DNA from: the human T2T-CHM13v2.0 reference genome, Homo sapiens
DNA: 64,000 bases
NCBI RefSeq assembly: GCF_009914755.1
Contig: NC_060929.1
Direction: 5' to 3' (one strand)
The translations under genes and the position numbers were made by a program. Of this stretch, positions 47,801 to 63,799 are shown piece after piece. The first letter of the stretch is position 1. The number at the start of each line of letters is the position of its first letter. The notes under the pieces were generated by a model. It was not told the origin of the DNA, made no database searches, and was given only the letters and a program-made list of their open reading frames with translations.

Positions 47801-50800
47801 TTTGGAATATATATATATGCCTCCAAATATATATATATCTCCCCTATAATATAATAATATATATGGGATTATAGTAGGGTTGGGAGAAACCCTAATTAGC
47901 TACATTAGAGGAACTCAAAATACAGAATGAAATGATGGTTTTAAATAAGGCTAGATATCATAATTAGTCCCAGATGGTTCCTTTGTAGTCAGGAGAGTTT
48001 TACCAAACAGCCACATTTGTTTTTTTTGAATGTCAAAATAGAAAACGAATTAGGCTCCTGCACTGTTTCTTAATACAGCTTCTCTGGGGCTTTGCTTTGT
48101 AGGCCTTGTGACATGCCCATTGAGACAAAAAGATTGTGTTCTCCATGATACACTCTTCACAAGGCAGCAGATGTTCTCAGAAACAATGTCTATGTCCTTG
48201 GAACCAAGAGTTTCTCTTTCCTCCTGGCTTTCTGCATTTGCTTTTGGTTATGGAGAACATTTTCTCTTTCTCTGGTTCATCTGTTTAGGATGCTCACTGC
48301 CCTTGGGCAGCGGGTCTCGTAGGTCTCAGGGTATCATCTCCACTTGTGAGAAAGCAAACTCATCACCAGACAGGGAGCTCTGACTCCCATGGAAAACAGC
48401 CAGGCAGATCAGAGACAGGCATCTTCAAGTAAATCCTGTTTGCCATGGAAAACAGGGAAAATCAGACCAAAGAAAACCCACAGCTGATTGCCAAAGAGGG
48501 TGTTGTCTTCAGTTTTTTCCAAGAGACATCAGTTGTTCCTTAATATTTCCAATAGAAAACTTGACAGAAAAAATAATTTGTTTCCAGTTCTATCCTACTA
48601 ACAAGTTTTGCCCATTATGTTACCTAATTGCTTGCAGTCATCAGTAGGGAAAATGTAGACACACCCATTTTTTTTTTTTTTTTAATAAATGACTCTCCCA
48701 AATCTGCATTTATTTGTTGGGATCCAGAGTTCCTTTTTAAAATCTTCAAAATATTTCCATTTTAAGTAGATGGATTAACACACACAATCTGTTTCTTCCT
48801 CACTCAAAGAAAACTAGTGATTCATTGCTTTTCCATGAGCTAGTACTTGATTTAGAACAGGATGAAGCCAGCCTTATCTCCCATCATGTGGATGTTTAAT
48901 TTCTCAAAGTCCATGTGACAGTTACCATGAGTAGAATAGGCATTTTGTATCTAGTCAGATTCGTTTGTATTTAGAGTGAAAGATATATGTTTATTATTTA
49001 ATATTTTGGTGAATAAACAATGCTTTTTCTTCTCTCTAGATCAACATATTTATTTTGTATATTCTTTTATTTTCAATGAGTAATATAATAAAATATAACC
49101 CATTTTATAATAAATGTTCTCCATAGCTGACCAGTGAATCACAATAAAACTAAGTTTTCCCGTGGAACAAAAATTACTCATTACATGTAACTACCAAATT
49201 TTTAGAAGAAAATGGGCTTTGCCCAGATCATGTGGAACATGCCAGCCCTTTGTTTTGTATGGAATTTCTGGTGGAATAAGTGAAAATATCTTTCCCCTTT
49301 TGAAATATCTGGATAATTGCTAAAATTCCCCTCTTTTTTCTTTAGTGAACATGAAGTCAAAACCTGGATTTTGAAATAGAGATATGTATTTCACTTACAG
49401 ATATAAAAATGCCCAATTTCTGTTTTTAATCACCTCATAATTCTTATTTTTCCTATAGGACATCTTTGCTTTTATAACAAATTTAAAGAAATGAACAGTA
49501 CATAAACATTGACCAACTCACAATTTTTTATAAGCTTAACGTCCTCTTATTAATGTCAAGGTGATATCAATTATGTTGTCAGGAATTATCAAATGCCTGT
49601 GTAGCATAATAGCATCTAAATATTAGTGCACATATTAAATTAATTATGTATTGTATTAATATTCATACATTTGGTTAACATATCATGCATACTCTTGACT
49701 TCAGGCTTTGTGCCTATAAATTCATGCAGATTCCCATAGCTCTGTTGTTATATATTTTTTTAATAACTTCTTGCTGGAGCTGATTTCACAATCTCAGCAT
49801 TTTTGGGGGCTTAGGAACACTAAAAATTTGATATTAGAAGTGTGAGAAAATAGACAAACCATTTAAATTAGTTTTATGGTATCTAAGACTTCAAATGCTG
49901 TGAGACAAAGCAAGCATGCAGTGTCTGTTATTAATGCTATAGAGCATTTGTCATCCTTAAAACAGACATCTGGAAGAAGTGCTGTTAAATTAATTTATTT
50001 ACTCATTTATTTGTCATGTATTTAACAAATGCACCTTGAGCACCTACTATGTGCCAGATACTCTGGTAGGTGCTGAGACACGTTGGTGAGGAAATTCAAA
50101 TGCAGGTCTTGCCTCAGGGTCTGGTGGGATAATCACTCACTCTTATTGAACATCACATCTCCAATTGCCTTGGAATTCTGACATTCCATGAATCTATGAG
50201 CCATTCAGTTGTATTACAGCATCGTAATCCTGGTTTACAACTTGTCAATTAGGCAGTTTGCCTACATATTTTCCTGCCTTTGGATGCCAACTGAGCTCTA
50301 AGGTTATCTCCCGCTTCTTAAAGGCTCTCCCTCTGGTTTTCTGATTTGATTTATTTATCTGTGACTTCTAAGACACTGGAGTAGGCCATGCACTGATGCC
50401 AGTATTGAGTGCCAGGAATTATGGTAAACTGCTTCTGGAGATGTTTAGGGTATGTTTCAGGAGGTCGGTGACTTTCGTTGCACCTAAGAATCTTGTCTTT
50501 CATTAGTGGATAAGATAGTAAACATAACCAACCGACATGGTAGTTAGGGTCATGCTGACTGCAAGTTTGCCTCACCTTTTGTAAGTAAGCACAGAGCCAT
50601 GGATGAGTTATGCTGAGGAACTGGGTTGCAGGAACTTCTATTTACCCACAAGATAGTTTAAAACATTCAAACTGAAGTTACAATCCCCATGCTCTCTTCC
50701 TCAACGAACAGACATTCTTCTAGTGGAGACGCCAACCTGATTCCATCCAAAGCCAGTCTCATTCCTAGAATAGCTAACAACCACAGCTAAATATTTCCCA

Positions 50801-51256
50801 AGTAAACCCAGCTAAGAATAGTTCCTTATTTCGAGAGCTCTGACACAAGAAACTCAACACCCTGTTGGAGTCAGATAAGCTGAACTTTTTTCAAGAGCTT
50901 TGTCAAAGTGAGACTGAGGAGGATGGAGCCTGAGAAAAATCCAGACTGAGCCTTGTTAGACTTTCCACATCACCTATAAGGTGGTATCGAGTGAGGCTGC
51001 ATTAGACTCAAAGTGCCTTTAGGCATGACTAGATGCTGAACTGACTGTCAGTGCCTTGGGCACCAAAAAGATTGACATTAACTCTGACCAACACTCACAT
51101 TAAACATTCATTCTTAATATTTTGCAGTTCTTAAATGTTAGTACTGTCTGACATCTCTCCCACTTGTTCTACTAAAAGTTGCTGGAAAGCCGAAGCTCTG
51201 TTTTGCTTCTTTAAGCCAGAAAGACATGTTTATTTCTTAAGAGGTTCAATTTATGA

Positions 51257-51624
<368 letters not shown>

Positions 51625-53604
51625 TAGAACCCCTTTCTTAAGGACCCTGAGTGGGCAAGTATAAAAATCATCCCATTCTTATTAATGAGAAATAGAAGCT
51701 TAGATGAGTACTGACTCATGGTTCATATTTAGCAAATGACAGATCTGGGACAAGACCCCAGGTCTTTGGATTTCCTTTTGTCATGTTCCCATGACTCATG
51801 CCATGCCCACGTGCCTAAATGTCCAAGGCCTGCTCACCCCAGCTATTCTTATTCGTGTGTCTGTTTTAGATTGGCAAGGAAAAAAAGCTTTCTAACTTTT
51901 CTAGGAATGGGTCTCAACCCACAGCATAATATTTGAGGCAAATATCCTAATTTTCCCCAGTACCAAAAAAGATCATTTTTATATTTCTTATACAAGTCTC
52001 CATATCCATAAGCATGTCACAGTATTCTTTGACTAAGGCACTGACTCTATTGTTTCAGCATGGCTGCATTTGTTTAACATAAATGGTTTGCATTTAGACT
52101 GCCTTGCGCTTTCTTCTCCGGCCTAAAGTATTTCTTCCAAGCTAGAATGCTTTTTCTTCTTTGGCATCCATTAAAAATCATTGGCAACATGGCCACGTTC
52201 CAGAAACACTTCTGTAATGCCAACCACAGGAATTGATGTCTAAAAATAAGAATTGAAAAATAGGTTTAAGTTAATGCCCAGAAAGAAATATTGCCATGTG
52301 TCTTTACTGAAATTTGGTAAAATCCATACTAGAGAAAAGTGTGAAATACATGAAACCCTTATTGCTGCTTCCTGTAAAAACCTTGGCAGAGTAGTTAGTG
52401 AGAGCTCATCCTTTTTCATCTGTCTCTCTCCTATTAGCCACTTTTCATTCTTGACTTAAGGTTGTGTAAGTTCAGGAGAGATTCTTACTCTGTCTGGAAC
52501 CCATAGCTGAGCAGGCTTCCTGGGAAGAAGCTGGGCTCCTCACTAACTAATGATGTCCCAGCTCTTGAAGTTTCTGTTTTCATTTGGCCATCATTTGTTG
52601 CTTCCTTTATGGAAATGATTAAACTCAGCAAATGATGAAACATGAAATCAAATAGTTTGGGAATAGTGTGGGCAGTTTAAAACTGGTTTGAAATACAGTG
52701 TGGAAACTAAAAAAAAAAATTAATATTAACTATCTGGGATCTACCTACTCCTTCCATCTAAAATTCCATTTCAGTTCATTCCATGAGAATAATTATACCC
52801 TGAAATAAACCATTCTTATTTGTCTTTTATAAGTCTTTACTCAGCTTTCCCCTATATTTTTCATCTTACTTCTGATTTTCAAACACACAGTCCAGTGATA
52901 AAGCCCTATACGCAGTCCAATCACTTATAACTCATGAAATGCATCATATGTTGCCAGTCCTTTATTTCTTCCTCTTTCCCTCCCTCCCTTCCTTTCCTTT
53001 TTCCTTTCCTTTGTGCACACAAACTATAAGAAATTCATAGGGCAGGCTGCTAGGAATTAGCAATAATTACAATGACTTTTTCTAGAAGATGTAAAAATAA
53101 AAATCAGGCTGGACCCAAAGATGAGACAATAGACACATTTAATTTGTAATAATGACTGACTTTTCTTTCTTATTGCATTTTCAAAGCTTTTTATGTGGTT
53201 GGAGAAGTGTCATGGACAGTCAGTCCAGAGAATAATAGGACAATTTCAAAGCTATTCTTCCTCCTCAATAGTCTATAAACCTCACGGCACTGAATTTCAC
53301 AACCTAGCCCAGATTTACATTTAGATGAACAGATTCAGTAACTCCTCCGGGTTTGGGATGTGTCAGCCTTATTGGTACTTACTAAAAGGAACTTTAGTTT
53401 CTTTACTTTCTAATGTCATGACTGTGTTGTCTACTGTGGATTACTGTTGATTTATACAAACATAAAACTTATTTTGCTACAGTATAATTTTGCTCTGAGT
53501 CTTTTGGACTCATATTTTTGGTAGACCTCTTGTGTGCACAAATTATGATGTCACAAAGTTATGGATTTTAAATGTTGATGGTAGCTCTTAGGATGTATTG
53601 GTAT

Positions 53605-53909
53605 TCTTTCTTTCTTTTTTTTTTTTTGAGACAGAGTCTCACTCTGTCACTCAGGCTGGAGTGCAGTGATGTGATCTCGGCTCACTGCAACTTCCACCTC
53701 CTGGGCTCAAACTATTCTCCCACCTCAGTCTCCTGAGTAACTGGGACTACAGGCATGCGTCACCACACCTGGCTAATTTTTGTATTTTTAGTAGAGACAG
53801 GGTTTTGCCATGTTGGCTAGGCTGGTCTTGAACTCCTGGGCTCAAGTGATCCATCTACGTTGGCTTCCCAAAGTGCTGAGATTACAGGGGTGAGCCACTG
53901 TGCCTGGCC
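53605..53909 (-). mobile_element. AluJ
   Basis: Antisense Alu with J-type diagnostics. Confidence 0.9.
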
Positions 53910-54176
53910 TTTTTTCAATAAGACAGTCTTAGCTTTTGTCCTAGGCGGAGACTAGACAAATCAGCTTTCAAAATGTTGAGTTTCTCTCACCAATGACATC
54001 ATGCTAGGACCCATTGGATCAAAAGGAGGATTAACAAGTCTATATGGTTCATAGCCTCTTATTTTATTTTTAAAATATTTTTTACCCTATTAGACACTTA
54101 TTATTTCATTTTTCAAAATGGACAAAGGCTTATATAATCTTGCCAATATGCTAAAAATAATTGTCTTTAAGATAAT

Positions 54177-54541
<365 letters not shown>

Positions 54542-55114
54542 TCATGAAAAAGATGATTTTTGCGAATCTTTCTATCTCCATGAAAATCTGTATATGTCTG
54601 CCATATGGTTTCTTATAAGCCCAGGCAAACCTCTGTAGAGCCAAGCCCTGCAAGCCTGTCTGGTTCACATGCCTCGATATGACCTTGCAGGCTCTGTTCC
54701 TTCCTTTGCTGTTGTCAGCACTTTCCCAGGGGCTGGGGAAGGTTTTGAAGCCTCTGAATGTGAAATCCTTGAAGATAATTCCAGGGTAGGAGATTATGTT
54801 GCCAAACATTTCCCAGCAGATGCAGAGCTGGGTGGTGTCCTGCAGATTTCCAAGGTGTTGTTATCGGGGCTTTCTTGAGGAGCAGCAAATCCAACTGTGG
54901 CAAAGACAAGGCACAGTTGTTTTTCCAGGGAAATCTGTCCAGCTTCCTGTGGCATGCCTGACTGTCTGGGGTCACCATGGCTACATGTGTGCTCTGGGGA
55001 GTGGAGCGCTTATGCCAGTCACAACAAGCAGTATCTGTCATGAAGGAAACACACAGAGGCCAGTTTTGATGGCTTCTTGTCTTCACTGACCATCAACATG
55101 TTTAGAATGGTTTA

Positions 55115-55290
55115 TAAAAATTTAAAAATTAGCCAGGTGCATTGGTGCATACGTGTAGTCCCAACTACGCAGAAGGCTGAGGTGGGAGGATTCCTTGAGC
55201 CGAGGAATTCAAGGCTGCAGTGAGCTATGATCACGCCACTGCACTCCAGCCTGGGTGACAAAGTAAGACTCCATTTCTAAAAAATGAAAA
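55115..55290 (+). mobile_element. Alu right monomer (FRAM or truncated AluJ)
   Basis: aaaattagccaggtgc...cactgcactccagcctggg. Confidence 0.85.
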
Positions 55291-58200
55291 CAAATTTTTT
55301 AAAAAGAGAAAGGTGTATAAACCAAGAACTTAGTCTTTCAAATGAAAGTACAACACCTGTGAGTTGCTTCTAGGTTCTGAGTACTTAAAGATGATTTAGT
55401 ATTTTATTATATTTGCCTGAGCCATTTTAGATCTCAAATTGGATATATTTTGAGGTCTCAGTTTATTCAGTCCAGTGCATTTGGTATTGTAGCCAGAGGC
55501 TTAGATCCCAGTCCTGGGAGAAGGTAGGAGGATGGGGAGGACCAGGGGAAGGAGCCTGAGGAGTCAGTGCTTTCGTGTTCCTCCTGCCCACTCTGAGGTC
55601 CCCTTACGAAGGAGCCTGGACAAGGGCCTGGGAGACGGCATACAATTGGACCTCATGGGTGATCTGTTGCATTGTTTGCACTCATTTGGTGAACTGAGCA
55701 TGTGACTTGTCAGGAATATTTTTCTTCAGTGTTGTAGCATGTGCCCAGTAAGGGAAATTTAATCCATATGTGTCAAAGATTCACTTACACTGAAATCATT
55801 AAAGCACTGTTCTGAGTTTTTTGATGTCTAACAAGTCTTTTGGCTTTTTCCAAGCAGTTCTAAGTCCTTTGCCAAGAGCAAGCCTAATCCCGAGCACCAG
55901 AAAATTCAGACTTTCTCCCTGAGTTGAAAACCCTTTCCTCTATCTCAGGGAAAAATTCCTCAGCAATTCAGCATTTACCTGCCCCCATTTCTGAGTGCCT
56001 CAGAGGAGCAGAGCTCTGGAGGGGGAAAACACGATACGGCCTGATTTACACATCTGGCCCCGATCTGGGTCTGTTTTCGAACTTGGCAGGAGGGACAGGA
56101 TGCATTTGACTTTCATCTACCTCTGCTTCACTGGAGATGTTGTGGGGCATGAACACCAGGCGTTTCTGAGTTCATGTGGTCGATGGACATGGAATGGAAG
56201 AAGCCTCTTTTCCCTGAAAGGACTTAGGACAAAATAGTAAAGAGCATCAATGCGCAGAGAAGAAGTATGGCATTTCTCTTCTTTCCAAGACAAGAGCTAC
56301 TCAGTCCCTGTTGGAGCTGCATCTTACCAACGGCCTTTCATCCCCCACCTCACTAGTAACTGCAGTTGCCTCGATTAGGGTTAGGGCTGGTTCTAGGGTA
56401 CTGCGGTGATGCAGTGAAGGCTGCCTCTGGAGGGAACCTCTTTCAGTATCTCCCCTTGTTCTTCTTATTTTTTGGCACATTTTCTGTACTCCTACCCTTA
56501 GTAATCTTTTCTCAGAAACTGTCCCAGGTCCTTCCTGTCATTGAGGAAAACAGGAGATAAATAAAGTCCTATGAAGTTGTTCCTGAGAACATGCTGCTTC
56601 CCCAGGACTGGTGACCATTGGATTATGTCTTTTTCATTTCTATGTCATTTCTGGTACAGTGCCTGGCCTACAATTGGTGCTCAAGTAATGTTTGCTGAAT
56701 AAATACGGTATCTCTGTACACAGGAGAGTCATGCGACCTCCAAAAGGCTGAGCCCTTGATGGTGAAATTTCAGCTGCAGACCTACTCTCAACAAACATCC
56801 TGGTCTTTCTGTATTTCTTCTAGTGGTTTCATCCATTCAAACCCAGAATGCACATCAGAGCGTACATAACTAAATGGCAGCCCACGGGACAATGCTTTTG
56901 AGTGGAAGTTTTTCTAATACTCTCCAATCACCACAGAGAAGTCAAAGGTGATCCACCGCTCAGGACAGAAGGGGGCTGACCCTTCTCTGCTGCTTGGCTC
57001 AGGCTTGTGTTGAGACAATGCACGAGGCCATCTCTTGCTTCCTGCAAGATTCTAGTTTCTTCTTTCTGTTGAAGTTCTTTCTTCTGTAATGTGAAGGCTA
57101 GACTAGTACAGTTGTTCTATGCATTTCATCTTATATATACTTTTTCTGAGGCTATTCAGACTTTAGAAAGGATCAGGTTTCCAGTTATTTGGAAGAGGGA
57201 CACAGCCAGATAATTTCTGGGTCTCCTTGCTGGTCTCCCAGCTGCAGTTTTGAGAACTCATGAGAGCCAAATTGGTCTGTTTTATGTGGTAATTACTGGT
57301 AGCCTCCAACAGTTAGAAGGAAGTGATAACTGGATCTCTCTTTCTTCACACCCTAGTTTCCAGGTGTTACGTACCAGTGAAAGTAAGTCTCAGGCAGAAT
57401 TCTAGTATATAATTGGATGTTTATTAGTAAGCAATCATGCAGTCTGCTCCAGTAAACTTGATGAAGTCTTTGTCCTTTTAGGCACTTGGACTAGTACCCT
57501 GCATGAAAGTTCATTTCAAGGCAAACAGAACAATATTCTTGGAATGGGAGGAAAAAGCTTCGAGTTTGAACAGGTAACAAAGTCTATCACGAAGTGGTGG
57601 AAGGCTAGATGAGACCTAGGGTCTCACACTGAAGCTGAAAGTGGCGGAGATTTTTATACTGTGTTCGTGCAAAGGTTGAGGTGCCTGCATACAATTTTTC
57701 ATCTGACCACATACCTGGAGCACTTCTTATTTTACCCATGAAAATTTATTTAACATCCTTTATGCTAAGCAATGTTCTGGTGCAGATTTGGAAAGCAATC
57801 TTTAAAGCTGCTTACAGCAGCCTTCTTTGGGATAATTCTAGGTTAGGACATTTTAAATGCTGATTGCCCTTTGGGAGTTCAGGTTAAGGTTCATAGAGAC
57901 ATATATAGCCCTGTTTACACAAAAATATTCTTAAAGATACCATAATACAGTATTGAGAACTGATAGTCTCTATGCTTCTATCAATAAAGATATGATTAGG
58001 GTCCTTCTATGTATACATAAAGGACTGAAATATCAAACTAAAAACCATTTGTAAGAAATTTGAAAGATGGTTTTGGATGGTTTTTTACCTTAGCGACAAG
58101 CAATACACAAAATTATCTCAAGCAGCTGCTGTTTATAATATGTTTATTTTAAATAAAAAAATTGAAATAATATTTTTAAAATAAAATGATTTATTGATGT

Positions 58201-58904
58201 AATCAGCTTATTATTTACTACATAGTTAACACAGGTATTTTTAAGAGTCTTAAAATATTTTTGAATCAGTTACTTTCATAGTTTTAAAAATTATGTAATG
58301 TGACACCTTTGTGAAGTGATGATGTATTTGTATAAGAAAATTCATTTTAGTCACAACAGGGGAATTACTCATTTAACTCAGTCAAGCACAACTCTTACAT
58401 TTGTTAGCAATATAGTAATTGTATTCTCACTTAGAAGATGGTTTTATTGTCATTATATATTGAGATTTTAGATATAGAACTAATTGCTGTCATATCTTGC
58501 CAAAAATTGACACATTTCCAAGCAATCTGCATTATTTATTCATAATTTGAGCATTTTTTCTAATATAAAAAGGTCTCCCTTTTACCAGGCACACATAAAT
58601 TCTGACCCCAAAGTACACTGATGTATGGATGTGATGGTTAAATATGGAGGCGGGACTACCGCTTCATTCATTCTATAATTCTCCCTAAGTGTCTACTATG
58701 TTCCAGGCACTATGCTGAGCACAGAATTGAATGTGTGGGCACAGCAATAAGCTGGCAGGTGTGTCTCCAGCCAGCCTCGTGGATCTACAAACATACCAAA
58801 GAGGAGGCGCACACTGGTGTAATGGGCCAGATGACAATCTTGTGTCTTCCCACTCTGAGTTCCACTGTGAGGTTTGGGGTTATTTTGTGAACTTTGTTTC
58901 CAGG

Positions 58905-58905
<1 letters not shown>

Positions 58906-58941
<36 letters not shown>
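58906..58941. repeat. (GT)n microsatellite
   Basis: Direct reading. Confidence 0.95.
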
Positions 58942-58942
<1 letters not shown>

Positions 58943-59095
58943 TGCAGGGTTGTGGGGGGATGGGTAAAATATTACATCAATTAATTAATTCTGTATGTAA
59001 AATAGTATATACATATGATAACATACACAAAGATAGGTGAAACAATCTTCTACGTGCTGGGCATTACAGAAGTCTCCCTGGGGAATCACACCCAG

Positions 59096-59416
59096 TTTCT
59101 TTTTTTTTTTTTTTTTCTTTTTTTTGAGACGGAGTCTCGCTCTGTCCCCAGGCTGGAGTGCAGTGGCGCAATCTTGGCTCACTGCAAGCTCTGCCTCCAA
59201 GGTTCACGCCATTCTCCTTCCTCAGCCTCCTGAGTAGCTGGACTACAGGCGCCTGCCACCACGCCCGGCTAATTATTATTATTTTTTTTTGCACTTTTAG
59301 TAGAGACGGGGTTTCACCACGTTAGCCAGGATGGTCTTGATCTCCTGACCTCATGACCCGCCCGCCTCGGCCTCCCCAAGTACTGGGATTACAGGTGTGA
59401 GCCACCATGCCCAGCC
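59096..59416 (-). mobile_element. AluY-like element
   Basis: gcaagctc, ttcacgccattct and gttagccaggatgg diagnostics; TSD cacaccca(g/c)tttc. Confidence 0.9.
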
Positions 59417-59964
59417 CACACCCACTTTCAAAATTTTAATTGCTACTCAAATACAGATGTTTCCAAAGTATTAATATGGTTCTGATTTTCCCCTAGAGAT
59501 TTGGACTTGCATATACAAATGGCAGCTGTCTCCACATGGCCATCCCTCAGGTACCTCAAATGCAAAGTGACCCAGGGAATCCCATCTGGCCCATTTAGAC
59601 CTGTGTGCCTCACTCTCTTTTCAGTTGATGGTGCATCAGTGCTGAGGCAGAAACCTGGGAGCCATTCTGGACTTTCCCCGCTCTTTCAGATCCACAGCCA
59701 ATCCAGTGTCAAGTCCTCCTGATTCTAGCTCCTTGATCCTTGCAGCCATTGCCTTCTCTTTATCTCTGTTATTTCTGCTGTAGTGTGAGCCCTCGTTGCA
59801 GATCACCCTGAGAATCAAAAGAACCCCCTGCGTGATCAGTTCCCTTCCATTTATCTGCCGCAAAGTCAAACTCCACACAACCCAGAGAATAACTTCCTAA
59901 AGTAACAATCCAACCAGGCCCTTCCTTGTTGATATTCCTTCAATGGCTTCATATCCATGATGGC

Positions 59965-60370
<406 letters not shown>

Positions 60371-61682
60371 AAACCTCAAAATTTCCTACAGAAATACACT
60401 TAGAGACTGAGGGGGATGAATGCAGTCCCCAGGGAACGTGGGACATCTTGTTTATAAGTGAAAACATTTTCCTCTTTTATCTTCACAGTTTTCTAAAATT
60501 TTATATTCTGCTCACTAATAAACCTACATTTACCTTATTATAAACAGAATTTTAAAAATTACTTATCTTTAAATATGTTTCTTCACCTAAGGCTTTGCAA
60601 ACTCCTGCCACACCACCCGGGGTCCTCATTCCCTGGTCTCAAAGCTAGACCCAAGTGTTAATGGTCAAGCTGCTTAGTGCAGGTCACCCTGCTTTCTGGT
60701 GGCTGCCCCTGGCTACTCCACAAGGGTACTCCTTTACCTGATACTTTGGGTTGCAGAAATACTCTTTGCATCTCTTTCTATTCCTCCATGACTCTTACCT
60801 TCTTTCTTTTGTCCTTGCTCCAGTTCCTGGATAAAATGTCCAGCTTCCTTTCCTTCTCCAGGCTAACTCTTCTTCCTGTGTCAGAGCCCTGCTAAGGAGT
60901 CAGTTCCCCTACAGGAAACCTCACAACCCTTCATACTGCTGAGGGGGCCATATATTTGCACTACCCTGTACCAAGCTTGCATAGGCGAGATTATAGGGAA
61001 CACAATTATATTTTAAAAGTTCTGGTTGCTGGTGACCTGGCCTCAGCCAGGCACAATTTGACATTTATTTCCTGGCATGCTACGGCAGTGGAATGTTATC
61101 TTGGGATATTGATTTGTGTTGTGCTTGTTGCATGTTCCATTTCCCCATTTAAGCAGGCGGCTGGCAAGACTTTGGAATCTTTACCTCAGGGATGATAATA
61201 GAAACTGCTCAAGTGGAATCTTCCTGCCTTTTGTCCAGTGACTGTGTCAATTGTCCTGGATGGGATGGAGAGGAAGGGGTGGGACAGTGGAGGGTACCTT
61301 TGTGGACAAGCAAGAAGAGAAAAGAGAGACTCCCCAAAGGGGACAAGGGTAATAAAGCTTGGTAAATTTGGGCAGGGCCCTGGGCCAGCAGAAGGACCTC
61401 AGAGATAGGACAGGGAGTGTTGAGGGGGCTGGGCCCTTTCACAAGGTCTCCAGCCTGGCCAGAGGCTCTTGATCCCCAAGAGAGGCCAGGAGATGGCAGA
61501 GCTGCTGGCCGTGATGGGATCCTGTGGGCCGGGACATCAGGTACTGCAGCAGAAATCAGATGGATGAAGAATGCCTTCCTGATGTCCCAGGGCTGTGTAT
61601 GGCCCAGCCCTGGCAGGCAGGGAACCCCAGCAGGACTGTGACAGCATTTTCTGTGTACTGAAATTGGACTCAAATTGATTTA

Positions 61683-62011
<329 letters not shown>

Positions 62012-63799
62012 GTGGTCCCTCTTACTTACCTAGCTTTGTGAGCTAATGTGGGCTACGATTCACATCTGTCATATTACTGATTTTGGCTTTATATTGAATA
62101 TTTTGTTGTTGTTTTCGAATGGATAGCTGACATTTATATACATAGCATCTTATGTGCATAGACTCATTTAATTCCCACAATTCTTACAAGGCTGGACCTA
62201 TTGTGATCTTTATTTTGCAAATGAGAGAATAATGATAGAAACAATCTGTCCTAATTTCCAGCTAATAAGTGGTGGAATCAGATTTAAACCCAGGCCGACT
62301 GGATGTGGAGTCCAATTACTCCCCGCTCCCTCCTCCCACCTCCCTGTGCTGTGTTGCTGGTAGATGCTGCTTCTTTGAAGACCATGCCATGTGTTTCCAT
62401 TTTCTTCATGGGGCTTAACTCAGTGAAGGGCATCAGAGGTGATCAGCAAACATGGGTTGATTCTCTGGTTGTTGACATAGGAATTTGCTTTCCTGTGGAA
62501 GGAGCCTGGCCTCTCTGCCCTGGATCTGCCGGACATTGTCTGGCTGAGAGCAGAGGGTGGTTAGAGCTGTGCTCTCTTCAGCGCTATGCTCCTTCTCCTC
62601 CACCTTTTCTGCTGCCCGCCCAGGCTTGGGAGGAACAGCTGGTCACCTTCAAGCTGTCTGTGTGTCCTCCCTATGGTTTTGGTCTTTCAGGCTCTGTGAA
62701 GGGTGACCGGGTCCTGGAACTCAGTGTGCCCCAGTCACGCTTTACAGTGTGACATGCTTTACAGTGCGACTCCCAAGAGTGGTTATGGGATGAGCCCCAG
62801 GGGACCCGCTGATGAACAGCAAAGACGTTGAGGGCTGGCTTGGTGACAGAGGGAACCCTCTAGACAAGTCCTGATTTTTGTTGGAAGACATTTAAAAGTC
62901 TCTTCCAGTGCAGAGAGACAAGGCCCCTGTGGGAGCCAAATTCCCTCTCAAACTCATGGTTTTGTTTCCAGGAGAAGAGGTCACTTTCAGCTTTTGTAAC
63001 TTTAATTTGAAATTAAATGTGCCATTGGGACAGAAGCACTCTGTGCTGGGGCTGTCTTCATAACAAGGGTGACAGTGTGAACTCTCATGGCGCTCCACAC
63101 CAGGGCCTAGCCAGGGCGACAGAGTTGTGATTCATGCCATCTGGGGCCTGCCGTGCTGTGAACTCCAGGAGGAAGCTGCGTGACTGAGAGCTTTTGTAGC
63201 TCAGGGGCTGGAGGATGAAATCTGAACCATTTCTGTTCCCTTGCCTTGTTCTCATCTGAGCCCAGGCAGTGGAAGGAGCTGAGGTCTGGGAAACAGTCGA
63301 GCAGGCTGTTTCTGGCAGGCTCGTGCTAGCTTCCCACAGGACCACGGGTCTCTTTCTGCTGTCCCTGTCAGGCTGACCCCAACCCACCCAGTGTCAGGAA
63401 TGTCAGACCTCCTCTCAAATTGAAAGCAACTCCTCAAACATGAATAACCGCAGGCTGAATTGGCCTTTCCCGGAAGATTCGACCTTGGCAGTTTGGGGTT
63501 TTGAATTTGGTGGTTTCTGAAAAGCACACATGCAGCTGCAGAGGAGGGGGTGGGTCTATGGCTGCTCCATGCTGAGCATCCGATCCTGCTGCCCATGTGC
63601 TGTGGCCCGCTCCTGAGCCAAGAAGGAGAATTATTAATAGGCTGTGTCTCTCCAAGAGTTGCTGGAGAGAACTAGCCATGCACTATTCTTCTGGCCTTTG
63701 CTTTAAGTTTCATATATGTTGAATTGTACAAATCTACCTCCCCACCAAATGTCCTTAGAGGGCCAAAGATGGCCTTTGTTTCTTCATGATAACATCGCC

